Part shown: one piece after another, positions 23,706-37,734 of the stretch | Position numbering within the stretch: the stretch's first letter is position 1 | How the letters are laid out: each line of letters opens with the position of its first letter | NCBI GenBank assembly: GCA_030390025.1 | Contig: CM059432.1 | Location: forward strand, 139,006,001-139,070,000 | DNA length: 64,000 nt | Direction: 5' to 3' | Origin: Squalus acanthias | Lineage: Eukaryota | Translations under genes and position numbers: made by a program | The notes under the pieces: model-generated | What the model saw: only the letters and a program-made list of their open reading frames with translations | Databases searched by the model: none | Told to the model about the DNA's origin: nothing

Positions 23706-26700
23706 CTGAAACATTTACATTTTTTTCCTGTAAAGCTCACCAGAAAAATTATTTTTATAAAAGAAAATTTTAAAAGCTGATCGACGTAGCAATATAAAAT
23801 GATAATTTGTCACCTCTGAATTCCATTAAAGCGTTCAAAAAATGACGCTTAAATTCAGAGCAGTTGCACTAGCTTTATTTTAATGGGACATTAATTAAAC
23901 TAAGAGAAACGAAGACATCATTTTAAACATTTTTTTTTATAAGGCATTCAATTTATTAAACCCTTTTCATTACATGATCAATGAAATGCAACTTTAGCGA
24001 CACGGCAGATTTATTGGTGGCTTTTCTGAATAGTGCTGGAATGGGTCAGTGAATGCAGTGTCACACGTACAGCTTGTCGATACTGACACGGGGCCAAACA
24101 GCAGGAAGATAGCTCTTTTCATTCTTGTCAAACTGTGCTGTGACAGGAGTCGGTGACAGTTACTGAGAGGGGAAAGACATGAAACAACATGAGCATAGGG
24201 GGAAAAAATATCCTTGCAAGTGCATTCCAAAAGCCCAAGGCTCCTTGCAGTTAAGCCGCGGAGAATCAATGGACAGGGCCTTATGGAACAGTTTTTCTGA
24301 CTCAGATCCAAGTGGCGGCTCCCGCCGATATGCTGAAGAAAGTAGAAGCCGGACTAATCACTGCTGCACTTCCACGGAATGATGCTCTTACGATAAACAT
24401 TCGCGACAACTTGTGACCAAAGTACTGTTACAACACTAATTGTGCATGAAAGGTGACCTGCAGCAAAGCAGCAGAGTTCAGTTTCGATAGGCCTGGCTCT
24501 CAAGTAAAACCATGATTGCTTGTGACAGAAGACATCCATGCATCAACCATCTTTTAAGATTTGTGACATTACTTTCTGCACTGTAACATGATGCAGTAAT
24601 ACAAGTGATGTGCCACTGGTACAATTGCACTGGGCTTAAAGGCAAACACCTAAATTGAACTGAACGAAAGATTAACTATTTTGGGTCTGTTGTACACAAA
24701 GAGCAGTATTTACATTAATAACTATTAGAACTATTTCTAACCCATTTAAAACAGGCAATAAGTATCGTCATTACTCATGAGTTAATGGTATGCAAATTTT
24801 GCAAAATGAAACAAGATTAATATCAACAGCCATCAAGTATATAAGAGGGATAATTTTATGAAGCCTATTTGTTATGTCCCATACTGGTAGTGTTTTAGTG
24901 TGTGCTGCACACTTTAAAAGATTCGGCAAGAGCAAAAGATATATGCACCACTGGATCTCAAGGGAAATTCAAGGTACTGTATTTGTCTACCATGTTCCTT
25001 TAATGACTAATGGCTACCAACCTTCAATTAAACCTTCTGCTCAAAATGTGTCTTTGTTGTTAAAAACTCTTGGCACCATATATCATTCCCTGCTATTCCT
25101 GAAGGACACTTTGTATGTGGGGGGAAAAAAAAGTGAATGAATTTATAATGGTCTTACAGCCTAATAATAATCTCAAGTCAAAGGTTACAGCGGGCAGTAG
25201 CCACTTGAGAATAATACAGCTTGAAAACCAAAATAATGGTTACACTCTATTACATATAATCAATGTTGGGCTAGTACAGCATTACAGGACACAAGAAAAG
25301 GCCCATTACCAGTGACAATGGAACGGTAAGTATGAGCTAACTCGACCACAAAATGAGGTAAAAAAGAAATAGAATTAAGAGGAAAACTCAGGCTGCGAAA
25401 GGCTGGTCCTTTTCTCTGCGTCTACCACAGCACACATAATAGCAACCACACTGTTCCCCTCTTGACAACAGACTGCAAGTGTCAAACTTTGTGGGGTAAA
25501 CCATTTGTCATCTTATCTGTCCTTTAGAAAAAAGGTGGGCAATTCAGGCATTCTAATATTGATTTCTAAAGTAATGCTATCATTTTGCACAGGACACAGA
25601 CTAGTGGAGTCATTAATGGGAGACATGGTAAATATACTCCAGAAAAATATAAAACTGGATACCTATAGAATCCCCATTAAAACAAGCTAACGACATATTG
25701 TAAAAAACGGTAATCTGAACCTGGTCATATCAATAAAACAAAATGAAATAAAACAAGCAATCTGGTCTGCCACGTACATTTTAAACGCAAATGTTGGCAA
25801 AATTTGTTACTTTTTTTTTTAGTGGTATCACATTCTGTTAAAACGATAGTGTTCTGCAAAATACTACTTTGTCACCTCCGCTTAACAAATCTTAATTTGA
25901 TATTTTGCGCCACGTATAAAAATATATAATTGTTCAATCTTTTGTTTGCTTCATTCATCCCTTGTTCTTAAGAAAAAAAAAATATCAGAGGACCTGACAG
26001 ACAGCAGAAATATGGATAATCATCATTATGAGCAATAAGTGAATTATTTTCCTGTTAAACATTACGACTCAAAGCAAACATACCCAGCGAGAGCTTGAAT
26101 TAATCATGGTAAATAGAACTCAAAAGACTAGTTGCTTAATCAATGCCAGGCTTCCTCTCATCTGGCATCAAATCGCTCTGCACATTCAAAACAAGTGCTG
26201 CAATCTGCCAGTTTAGTCAAGCCCAGAGTGCTGCAAAAAGGTGGCACAGAGAGAGGAGGCCAGATAATTACAGAATAATTTTTACACTGACAACACAGCC
26301 TGCATGAAATCGGAGCTCATTCATTGATGAGAATCAATAGTTAGTATGGTTCCCAGCTTCATGTTTTATTTATCATGTTTGGGTGCTCCTCCCAGCAAAG
26401 CAATCCTTGCAAACCTGCCTGACGCTAGGTGGAGGATCAACTGAGACACACTGGCATGCGTGTAGTGTTCCCAACTTTTGCAAAGGAAGTTGCAAAAAGA
26501 CTACCGGGTTTAAAAATAACACACAACCTTGCAGAGAACACTTTAAATTATTATATATATTTTTTTTTTTACAAAGATCCTGTATGTTCTCGACACTGAG
26601 CAATTTACCGCTCATATGCTCGTGGAAAGTTATTTTTCAAGCATCCAGCAGAGAAAAAATAAATCTAATCGGAATACTGGAAATCTGTCATATTTTAGAT

Positions 26701-27489
26701 TTACTCATCATCAGTTCAGAAACAATTTCATGGAAACTAAAAATGTATTTTTTTTCAATAAAGTAACTATTTACTATTCATCAATTCGCGAATGATTCAA
26801 ATTTTAAAACAGAGAATGGTGCAGTTTCCATTATTCGACTAGATTAAATGTTTGTTCCATATCAAATATCTAAGTTTTGTTATAGCTGCAATGATGTACT
26901 TCTTTTGACTTTGATTATTTTAAACTTGCATTTTAATTCTGAAGTGGAAGATAATACAGGTTACACTCACTCACATTCAAAACCAACACACAAAAAGGGT
27001 ACAAAAATTGTTAAAGGAATTAAGTCAGTTTTCTACCTTACTTCACACAAATCATACTTAAGGCATTAAGTTAACAAAGCAAATGAAAAATACTAACAGA
27101 TAAAATGACAGTTATCTGCAAAAACTCATAAATGCTCTTTCTGAACAACTGTAATAATTGCATTTCATTCTGTCATTTTGCATATAATTGCTCACTACAG
27201 TACTTTTCTTCATAGAAGCCATCAGTTCCCCACAGCGCCTGATGCCAAATATAAAAAACATACTGTGACCAGAGACTTGTACTTCAGTTAGCTTTCTAGA
27301 ATGGAGAAATTGACAAGTTAATTTTTGTAATCGTGCTACTTCCACAGTAAAATAAGATTGTACAGCTGTACCAAGTTATCTTGACCAGAATTAAATAAAG
27401 TCCTTTGTGAAGATTAATTGTACTAAAGCAACTACAAATGCAAGGTTAATGTCTTCACATCTTTACATTAAGCAAAACACCCACCTCTT

Positions 27490-28080
27490 TTCAGCTCATC
27501 CACTGCCGAAACCCTCATCTGTGCCTTTGGTACCTCTAGACTAGACTATTCCAATGCTTTCCTGGACGGCCTCCCACCTTCCGTAAACTTGAGCATATCC
27601 AAAACTCTGCTGCCCGTACCCTAACAGGTTCCATTCACCAATCGCCCCTGTGCTTGCTGACCTACATTGGTTCCCGGTCTGGCAACACCTCGAATTAAAA
27701 ATTCTCATCCTTGTTTTCAAATCCCTCGTCACTCCCTATCTCTGTAACCCCCTCCAGTCCTACAACCCTCCGAGATCGCTACGCTCCTCCAATTCTGGCC
27801 TCTTGAGCATCACCAATTTTCATCGCTCCATCATTGGCAGCCGTGCCTTCAGCTGCCTGGACCTAAGCTCTGGAATTCCCTCCCTAAATCTCTCTATCTC
27901 TCTCTTCTCCTTTAAGATGCTCCTTAAAACCTACCTCTTTGACCAAGCTTTTGGTCACCTGTCCTAATATCTCCTTAAGTGGCTCGGTGTCAAACTTTGT
28001 TTGATAATGCTCCCGTGAAGTGCCTTGAAGGGCATTTTACTATGTTAAAGGTGCCATATAAATGCAAGTTGTTGTTATTG
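27490..28080 (+). mobile_element. L2 LINE 3' region
   Basis: SRLDYSNA, LADLHWFPV...KILILVFK ORF2 C-terminus, then 3' UTR ending (gtt)n. Confidence 0.88.
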
Positions 28081-28599
28081 AATAATGCAGTCTGATACCT
28101 ATAATGCTGAAGTGTGGAAACTCTGACTAGGAGACTCAAATTCAAAATCTTAAGTACCATTTGCACTTGACCTTCCCAGTGGAAGAGAGAGTGTACTGGT
28201 CTTGGCCAAGTTGTCTAGCGTAAATGGAAAGAACTAACAGGGGTGGGGAAAGTACCTTTCTGACAGCCTTCTAGTGGAAGGAACAAGGAAGATCGTGGAG
28301 ATATTTTAAACCCTACGAACTGGCTGAGGAACACAACCCAGAAAGGGAGAGAAAATGAAAAAAATATATTTTTTCTCCCAAATTAAACAAACTGCAGCTA
28401 TTTTACATTGCTGCTTGCAAAATTAAGACCATCGATAGGGATATTATAGGAAACTTCACGCCTGTTTATGCCAATGCTCTAATAACACTCCTGTGCAAAA
28501 TGCATTTCTAACCTAAACCGGGGGAGGGAGAGAAAGACTGTAAAAAAAAATAAAACTGTGTAAACATCTTTAGATTTTATTTGAATAATTTTAAATTTG

Positions 28600-29140
28600 C
28601 ACCAAGACGTAAAAAAGATGAGGCAAGGCCAATGAGCCTTTCAAGCTTGCCCATCCAGACAACAGTGCAATCTTGTACACTGTTCACCCCACCTATAACT
28701 ATGCAATCTGTTCGGAGAGGCAAGAAACCAGAGAATTAAAAAAAAACCTGCAGCCAGTTGCAGAACAACCCTGGGAAATTCTTCGCCGATTCCCTGAGGC
28801 AATCAATCAAGGCTCCAGGAGACTGGCGTAGCTCCTCATAATTCCAGCTAACTAGTAACTTACCCTCTATAACTAGAAATCTCCTCATCTCCACAGGAGA
28901 TTATCAAGTTCCCTTTTAAAAGGACTGTAGCAAATCTATACCTACAGCATGGTTTGCTAGCCTGTTCCAGAGGGCAGTGGCTTTTTACGAAAATAAATGC
29001 TCTCCCTGGCATCTAATCTAATTCGTTGCCTAAGGATTTTGCATGCATGCCCTGGAGTTCTACCATCCCTATCGATCTCAAATCATTTATCTAATTGAAT
29101 TCGATCCAATCCCTTCATTTTAAAAACTTCAATCACCTTC
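28600..29140 (-). mobile_element. Older CR1 3' end
   Basis: Diverged similarity to CR1 C-terminus and UTR (ctgttccagaggg...aaaataaatg...tgccctggagttcta). Confidence 0.5.
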
Positions 29141-29189
29141 CCTCTAAACCGGCGTATCTTCAAAGTAAATCTCTGAACTCTCGGAGCCT

Positions 29190-30420
29190 ACCCTCGTAAC
29201 TAATATCCGTGAGTGGTCTGCACAGAGCGGCATTAAACAGAGTGGACTTAAACAGAGTGTTTTATTTGGGAATTTGGAAAGAGTGGGAATTTGGAGAAGA
29301 GGGGGAAGGAGTTGCTGCTTTTTGCCTACACTACTTGTAGTGCTTTGTGTTACAGGTAGATATTTAATTTCAGTACCCATACTTTAATCTAGATCAAGTA
29401 AGTAGTCAAGAAACTGAACTGTAAACTAAGTTACTTAAATACGAATGTAATTAAATTTAATTAAATAAAACAAGGTCATGGCAGTGCAGGTAGTGTGCCG
29501 CAACTGCAGCCTGTGGGAGTTTGTGGAGAGCATACAAAGATAGGTTGTGAGGAGGTCTCCTTACCCAAGGAAGGGTATACTTGCCATAGAGGGAGTGCAA
29601 CGAAGGTTCACCAGACTGATTCCTGGGATGGCGGGATTGTCCAATGAGGAGAGATTGAGTAGACTAGGCCTATACTCTCTAGAGTTTAGAAGAATGAGAG
29701 GTGATCTCATTGAAACATACAAAATTCTTGCAGGGCTTGACAGGGTAGATGCAGGGAGGATGTTTCCCCTGGCTGGGGAGTCTGGAACCAGAGGCCAGTC
29801 TCAGAATAAGGGTGTCGACCATTTAGGACTGAGATGAGGAGAAATTTCTTCACTCAGAGGGTGGTGAATCTTTGGAATTCTCTACCCCAGAGGGCTATGG
29901 AGGCTCAAGTCGTTGAGTATATTCAAGAGAGATCGATAGATCTTTGGATATTAAGGGAATCAAGCGATATGGGGATAGTGCAGGAAAGTGGAATTGAGGT
30001 AGAAACATAGAAACATAGAATCTAGGAGCAGGAGTAGGCCATTCGGCCCGTCGAGCCTGCACCACCATTCAATACGATCATGGCTGATCATTCAAATCCA
30101 GTACCCTGTCCCTGCTTTAATCCCCACAGTACACATATCCCACCCGACCCCCGTAACCCCACGTATTTAATTCCCCCTAACATATCCCATCCTATCCCCA
30201 TAACCCCACATATTTAATCCCCCCCTAACACTAAGGGTCAATTTATCATAGCCAAATCAACCTAACCCACACATTTTTGGACAGTGGGAGGAAACCGGAG
30301 CACCCGGAGGAAACCCACGCAGACACGGGGAGAATGTGCAAACTCCACAGATCAGCCATGATCATATTGAATGGCAGAGTAGGCTCAAAGGGCCTGCTCC
30401 TGCTCCTATTTCTTATGTTA
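29190..30420 (+). mobile_element. CR1 composite: ORF1-like 5' piece joined to ORF2 3' end, interrupted by a V-SINE
   Basis: MAVQVVCRNCSLWEFVE at about 29478; IEGVQRRFTRLIPGM...GLYSLEFRRMRGDLIE from about 29560; 3' UTR resumes at about 30349 (agatcagccatgatc). Confidence 0.75.
30003..30349 (-). mobile_element. V-SINE (HE1-like), 5'-truncated, with CR1-derived tail
   Basis: gtgggaggaaaccggagcacccggaggaaacccacgcagacacggggagaatgtgcaaactccac is the V-domain in reverse; (aacataga)n CR1-type tail at the left. Confidence 0.8.
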
Positions 30421-31063
30421 GGTTAGCTAATAACCTGGTGACATGCCCTACTCTAAACCTTCTCCAGAGCCTCAACATCCTCCACCACGTGAGGGGACCA
30501 GAACTGGTAATATCTGTTTGGATGTACCAGAGCCTTATACAGCCCATGTACTGTACTTTTCGTTTTGTACCGGATGGCCCTTGTAGTACAACCTAAAATC
30601 TGATTTGCGTTCCCTTTAGCCACCTCACACTTCCTATGCACCTTTAATGATGATCAACTATTACCCACAGACTTTTTTTTGATCCGTTATCCTTAACGGT
30701 AATGATACGGTAAGAGGATTTTCCCCATTGATTTTTGGACAGTCACAAGGAAATGCTGAAAAATGAAAAGCCAGGGAAGGAACTGAAACATTGCATACTC
30801 GATAGGTATTGAACCTTTTGAAAATAGCAGGACCCCGATACAAACGTATGCCCACAAAGAATCTTCAAACCTCCCAACTATGCTTCACGTGATCTGCCAG
30901 TTGCCATTGCTTAAAAGAAACTCAAAAATCCTGCCCTTTTCTGTCTAAATGAACAGTGCGGGTTCTGATGCACGTAATGTTCTTTAGGTGCAGAAAGACA
31001 TTTGTGAGGTAAATTCAGCCATCCCGTTTTCCCAGTAAGGACCTTTGCTCAAAGGCAGTACGC

Positions 31064-31173
31064 TTCTGAAAATCCGGGCAACAGCACTTCCTGAGGGCTC
31101 TTGGATGTGGCTTGTGCTGTTCTGAAAATCCGGGCAACAGCACTTCCTGAGGGCTCTTTGATGTGGCTTGTGC
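31064..31173. repeat. Tandem duplication, 56-bp period, two copies
   Basis: ttctgaaaatccgggcaacagcacttcctgagggctctt(g/t)gatgtggcttgtgc at 31064 and 31120. Confidence 0.92.
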
Positions 31174-32664
31174 AGTGGATGTGCGGGATCGTTGGATTTA
31201 CCCTAGCATGCTACTGTTTGTTGCTCTCCTCCTGTTACATTGGGCTGGAGAGTAAATACATTATGCAAACCAAAATGGCCCCGTTCAATTTCAGTCCGTG
31301 CAGAGTTAGATCATCTCAGCCAGAATAAAAGGTAGGAGCAACTGGCATTAGCGGGGATTCCTATTGTCCAGTGATCCTGGCTGGAAGTGTGCAAGTGCGG
31401 GTTTGGGTGGCAGATTGAGCTGGTCCAAGACACCCTCCATCATGGGGGCGGGGATCAAACAGTCAGTCAGTCAGTTCTCCCCATCAAGCCGCGCACATGG
31501 ACAATGGCTACCTGCAGAAGATACCAATGGGTGACTGGCACAGTGGAAACAGACCCCAACAAGAAGGCAACACCTTCAGGAGGTGAGGGGAGGGGAGGGG
31601 AGAAAATTGGCACGGAAAAGATAAATTGACAAGAGTAAATATACGGCAACGCAAGAGCTGGTGACAAGAAATAGTCAGAGTATTAAGGTTACAACCAATC
31701 AGAAACAGCGCATTGAATCTGCAGGTTCCTTCCCCCGCACCAAATATTATAACCAAAAAAACTATTGTTGAGAGCATTTTTTTTTTGCGATTGCCAAGTT
31801 CTTTTGCCATGAAACTTCAAAGGCTCTCATACTGCAACTGAAATAAAATTATTCAATATGGTATCTTTAGCACCCCACCTGCTTCTATTTTTTTAAGTTT
31901 AATGCTGTGCCATCTTCAAACTAATTATTGTTTTATTCAAAACTTTATGCTGTTGTGCAGATGTAGTTGATAATAGAGACTGCAGTTTTTGCAAACGTAT
32001 TAACTTCATTTGAATTTTTATTACCTTGTGCTCAACTGAAGTGCAATTCATTTGTATGCTTTTAAACGAGGGTTAAACATAAAACCGGATGATATATGGT
32101 AAAGACGATTAAACGGATGTAAACTTAACTGTAGAAAATATCTTAACCACTTGTGGTGGTAATGTAATTAAGTCTAATGATCAGAAGAGGGGAAAAGAAA
32201 TTGTATAGTATAATAGAGACTTTCATAGTTTTATGAAGCAATTTTAATTGATTTCAAGTCGAGTTTTTAAGTAATTCAAAAGTCATTATGGCAACTGCTA
32301 TACAATCAAGGGATTACATTGCAAATAATAGCCCGAATAATTTGGTGACCATAAAATGATGTGAGTATTGTTTCCGGTGTGTGAGCGAAGTTTAGCATAA
32401 CATATAACATATACCAACACTAATTGTATTCTTAAGCAAGACTGTATTTTTAAATTCAAGAAAATAATAGTAACAGTTTATGCTTAATCACATATAAAAG
32501 GCTAAAAAATGCAAATGATGAATAAAAGTAAAATTAAAACGTTGTTAATTAAGTCTCACTAACAGTTTAATTATAAAATAGAAAAAATCTAATGACTACA
32601 ACCCACATTCAACATAACTAGTTCATCTCCCTGGCATTGCTAAAAGAAAAAAAAGAAAAAGAAA

Positions 32665-33000
32665 TTGTCTCTCTCTTCCCATCTTCCACTCTCTAATTCT
32701 TTCAGTCTTTCATTTGTTTGCATTGCACTTTTTCTCTCTCCCTTTTATCTTTCTTTGTGTGCTTCTCCCACACTTTCATTGTCATTTCCACATCTGTATC
32801 CCACTCGTTTCTCATTCTCATTCTTTAAGGCTTTCCTTCCCTGTCTCGACATTTCTCTACATGCCTCTCAAGCACCGGCTCTGTGTGTTACGCTTCTTGT
32901 TGCATGTCTCCAACCATGCGTGCCTCTCGCAGTTTCTCACTATTTCTCTGTATGGCTGTCTCCTTCTTCCTTTCTGTCTCTCACTTTCTCCTTTTTCTCA
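32665..33000. repeat. CT-rich low-complexity tract
   Basis: Pyrimidine-rich degenerate runs. Confidence 0.65.
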
Positions 33001-33039
33001 CAACTCCCACAGAGATCTGGAGCCAGATCCAAGGCCCTA

Positions 33040-33335
33040 TAAGACACACTCCTCCAGCCCTACAGCCCTCAGAGATCTCTGCGCTCCTCTAATTCTGACC
33101 TTTTGCCCATCCCCGATTTTCATCGCTCCACCATTGGTGGCCGTGCCTTCAGCTGCCTAGGCCCTAAACTCTGGAATTTCCTCCCTAAACCTCTCTCCCC
33201 TACTTCCAAGACGCTCCTTAAAACCTACCTCATTGACCAAGCTTATGGTCATCAATCCTAATAGCTCCTTTTGTGGCTCTGTGTCCAATTTTGTTTGACA
33301 ACACTCCTGTGACGCGCCTTGACGTTTTTACTACA
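33040..33335 (+). mobile_element. L2 LINE 3' fragment
   Basis: Collinear with 27750-28045. Confidence 0.85.
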
Positions 33336-33707
33336 TGGTGGAGCGGTTAAATCGGGGATGCACAAGATGCCAGAATTGGAGGAGCGCAGAGATTTCAAAG
33401 ACCTGTGGGGGCTGGAGGAGGTTACAGAGATAGGGAGGGGCGAGGCCATGGAGGGCTTTGAAAAACAAGGATGAGAATTTTAAAATTGATGCATTGCCGG
33501 ACCGAGAGCCAGTGTAGGTCGGCAAGCACAGGGCTGACGGGTGAGCAGGACTTGGTGTGAGTTAAGATACGTGCTGGAGAGTTTTGGACAAGCACAAGCT
33601 TATGGAAGGTGGAAGATGGGAGTCTGGCCAGGAGTGCGTTGGAATAGTCAAGTCAAGAGGTAACAAAGACATGGGTGAGGGTTTCAGCATCAGATGAGCT
33701 GAGGCAG
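33336..33707 (-). mobile_element. L2 LINE fragment, inverted and fused tail-to-tail with the previous copy
   Basis: Reverse complement of about 27490-27833. Confidence 0.85.
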
Positions 33708-34272
33708 TTAGCATAAGCAAATCACATAAAAGATTTATTGGTCATACATGATTTCCATGGACCAGATTGCAGCAAACAGGAATTTTATATACATCATGGT
33801 TACAATTTGATGTTAGTAATCATAAATCCATCTACTTACAATTATTGCATGTTCCTCAATTAAAATACAAACAATTTACTTTGGAATAAATTGAGATGAA
33901 GAAGATAAGCTTATAGTCAATATAGTTGCAAATAACAGAAGTCATATTTCCATCAGAAACAAATTTGGACTTGGTTATTGCTTCTATTACACGGTCAGAA
34001 ACATAGGCTTGTTAAAAGCCTATTGAAAGTTTGTTTCGAAAATTTCAGTGTCAAAACACTTATACCAATCTTGACATTTAGTTGAATTAAAACAAAGTTA
34101 AAACAAAATTTGTAAATTTTGTGACAAAGAATAATGTAAGTTTATATTCAGAGGAAGATTTTCTATGGGGCATTTTTCCAAGTATGAATGAATGAACTTG
34201 CATTTCTATAGCGCTTTTCCCGACCTCAAGACGTCCCAAAGCGCTTTACAACCAATGACGTACTTTTGAAGT

Positions 34273-35420
34273 CATAGTCATAACGGCACAGAAGGAGGCC
34301 ATTCGGCCCATCGAGTCCATGCCGGCTCTCTGTAGAGCAATCCAGTCAGTCCTATTCCCCCGCTCTATCCCCGTCGCCCTGCAAGTTTATTTCCCTCAAG
34401 TGCCTATCCAGTCTCCTCTTGAAAGTACTGAGTGTCCCCGCTTCCACCACTTCCGTCGGCAGCGAGTTCCAGGTCCTCACCACTCGCTGCGTAAAACAGT
34501 TTTTCCTCACATCCCCCCTGTATCTCTTGCCCAAAACCTTATATCTGTGTCCCCTAGTCCTTGTACCATCAACTAGTGGGAACAGCCTTTCCCCGTCTAG
34601 CCTATCCAAACCCATCATAATCTTGTACACCTCTATCAAATCACCCCTCAACCTCCTTTGCTCTAATGAAAACAAATCCAGCTTCTCCAACCTGTCCTTG
34701 TAGCTAAGATTCCCCCATCCCCAGAACCATTCTGGTAAATCTCCTCTGCACCATCTCAAGTGCCTTCACATTCTTCCTAAAGTGTGGTGACCAGAACTGG
34801 ACGCAATACTCCAGTTGTGGCCTAACCAGCGCTTTATAAAGGTTCAGCATAAATTCTCTACTTTTGTACTCAATACCTCTATTTATGAAGCCCAAGATCC
34901 CATATGCTTTGCTAACCACCCTCTAAATATGTCCCGCCACCTTCAGGGACCTATGCACATTAACTCCCAGGTCCCCCTGCCCCTGCATACTCTTTAAAAC
35001 TGTGCCATTAAGTGTATATTGCCTCTCCCAGTTCCTTCTGCCAAAATGCACCACCTCACACTTCTCTGTACTAAACTCCATCTGCCACCTGTCTGCCCAC
35101 TCTGCCAGCCTCTCTATGTCCCGTTGCAGTCGATTGGTATCATACTCACTGTTTGCCACACCCCCAAGTTTGGTGTCATTGGCAAATTTAGAAATTCTAC
35201 TCTGTATTCCAATATCCAGGTCATTCATATATATATATATATATATCAAAAAAAGCAGTGGCCCCAGCACTGACCCTTGGGGAACACCACTGTCTACCAT
35301 CCTCCAGTCTGAAAAACAGCCATCTATCACAACTCGCTATTTTCTGTCCTTAAGCCAATTCCTTATCCAAGCTGCCACTGACCCACCTATTCCATGAGCC
35401 TCAATTTTGTTAACCAGCCT
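34273..35420 (-). mobile_element. CR1 LINE, 1.15-kb 3' part with frameshifted RT, inserted in a SINE tail
   Basis: SGVPQGSVLGPLLF, KFANDTKLGG, LVRPQLEYCVQFWSP, QRRLRGDLIEVYK, QRVVRTWNSLP; SINE tail at 34193-34272 resumes near 35424. Confidence 0.92.
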
Positions 35421-37734
35421 TCGATGTGTAGTCACTGTCGTAATGTGGGGCTCAAAAACAGGTGCAAAGGTCAAAGAAGCAACCTGAACTCGTTATATAC
35501 AGGATTCTTTATTGAAGCTCTCTATTTTTCAGAAGATCAACTGGAATTGACATTTGGCATCCCTAGAGAAGAAATTTCACCAGCTTTAGCCAATTTTTTT
35601 TTGTGAATGAAAACATCCAGGGAAGGTGTTGGGGAGAAAAATTAAATAGAAAATATTTGTCCAACCAATAATTATACGGTGCAAAAATGTGATCACAATT
35701 TGTCTTTCTAGAAAGGATGGTCTCCTTTCTAAAAGGATGGTTCAGCGACAACATGGTGTATTTTTCCTCATCATTATTTAAAAAGGAAACAATCACAGAT
35801 TCGAGACATATCACTACTGTATTAATAAAGTCAGTGCACCGTTGACACTCGCCTGAAAAAAAAATCCACTTCAAAAAAAAAATCCTGAGCTTCTTATAAA
35901 TTGAGGGAGAAACAATAGGCTGATCAATCTAAGACTGTAGTTTTTGAAGTGATATGCAAACAACAGCTAGCATACACGTTGGGAGGTTTTTCCACTTAAG
36001 CCAACAAATTGCGTGTCTCGTTCTACAAAAATGCAAGTCGGATGAAGAAGCGAATCTGGACGACAAATAAGAACATATCACACTGACCGTGCTATTTTGG
36101 ATTCTTCTATGAGCAGATTAATGTTCCCTTTTCACTGCAAATCTAATATCTTAACTGCAGATTTGCATTTCTCAGTCATTTTGCACAGTATCTTGTAAAA
36201 TCGTGTTTATTTATTTTTTTGGATGACGACTTTGGGATTTTATTCCCCACGCCCCCCCCACCCCCAACCCCCAAGTCAAGTACTGAAACGTAGGGATGAT
36301 TATCAGCAAATCCTCTCCGACAGGCCCTAAGCCTGCTGAGGTAATGCAGCTGACAAACTTTGATGCGCCATGCCCGTGCACATTATGTTCACGTAGTGTG
36401 TACATCTGGGCACCCTTTATGGCGATGCAGCAAGCAGCCAATCATTTATTCCACTCTAATTAGCACACATGTAAATCCCCGCAAATCAAGCTGCTCCCTG
36501 TGTTACCATTGTGGCAGCCATACAGCAAGCTGGCAGGACATGTGGAAAAAAAGTACGAGGAGCAACTATTTGCTTTGATTCGAGCCTTCCATCACACCAC
36601 GGTAGGGCCCCCCTGATCCTGACTGTAACCAGCCCTCGCCTTCAAAATGCATCACAGTGATATAAGAGATAAAGGTCATCAGGCAGATCTTTGATTGGCC
36701 AAGATGCTTTGATTCTTTGCAAGCTTAGATAGTACACCTGAAGGGACATGCTTCCGTAGTTAAAAAAAAAAGCGCTATGGCTAGCAAAAGTCATTGTTAT
36801 CTCTGAAATGTCTTGCACAGCACGCAACTTATAATAAATTAGTGAATCGCTATTCTAGACTGTGCCCTGCACCAGCATGCACTGTAAGTAAACAGAACAC
36901 CATTTTCCAAATTGTCAACTTTCCAACATATACAAGCCACGTGACTTTTTAAAAAAAATACACATATGTATCGTGAGACTTTCTATTATAATTCATTAGA
37001 AAAGCAAATGCAGCAAATTTGTTGAGGTACTAATCCAGGCTGCAAATAATCCTTACTCGCTCTTTCAGTATGGCTCTTTCATGGCCCACCTAACAAATCA
37101 AATCAGTATCACACTTGGTTATGACCGCTCAACGCGGGAAGTTTGAATTAAAGCAATGGCTTAAGATCGTGTACAAAATAGGTTTCGAAAAATATAACTG
37201 AATAGATTTAAGTATCAGTCTTTGCAAACCTTAGCCTTTATAACAAATATTTAACAACACTATTTTTATTTAAAAAAACAACTTCTACACAAAAAAAGTT
37301 TTCAGGCACATTAAATTTTAGGAAGCATTTGAAATTAATGAAAAAAAATTTAAGAGAAGTCTTTCTCCCATTTCCTCCTGCCAATCGTATTTGCTAATCT
37401 CCTGGTTTCCAGTCTGTCCTCGGTTAGGAAGATGGCCAGCTCTCAGTAATAATGCTGTTCCACAGTTCTGAGGTGTGCTTGTTCTCGAATAAGATGGAGA
37501 GTTTGTGACGCGGTAAAATTTCCTACTCAGGATGGGAGACGGTTTGGCTGATGCAATTTGGGATATATGTTTGGGCATCGGCATGCAAGGGTCATCTGGA
37601 GCCAAGTGGGCTGAATCCTGGCCCCCAGTGGCAGCTCTACTCGCAAAGCTTCATTAGTGAGCAAGGCTGCCTGGTCAGGTCATCAATGGTGCCTTGGAGT
37701 ACTGCAAATATGCCTGACTCAGCTATTAGTTTAC

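Noticed and set aside
31064..31173. CRISPR-like repeat
   Set aside because: Two adjacent copies, no spacers and a eukaryotic context; a simple tandem duplication.
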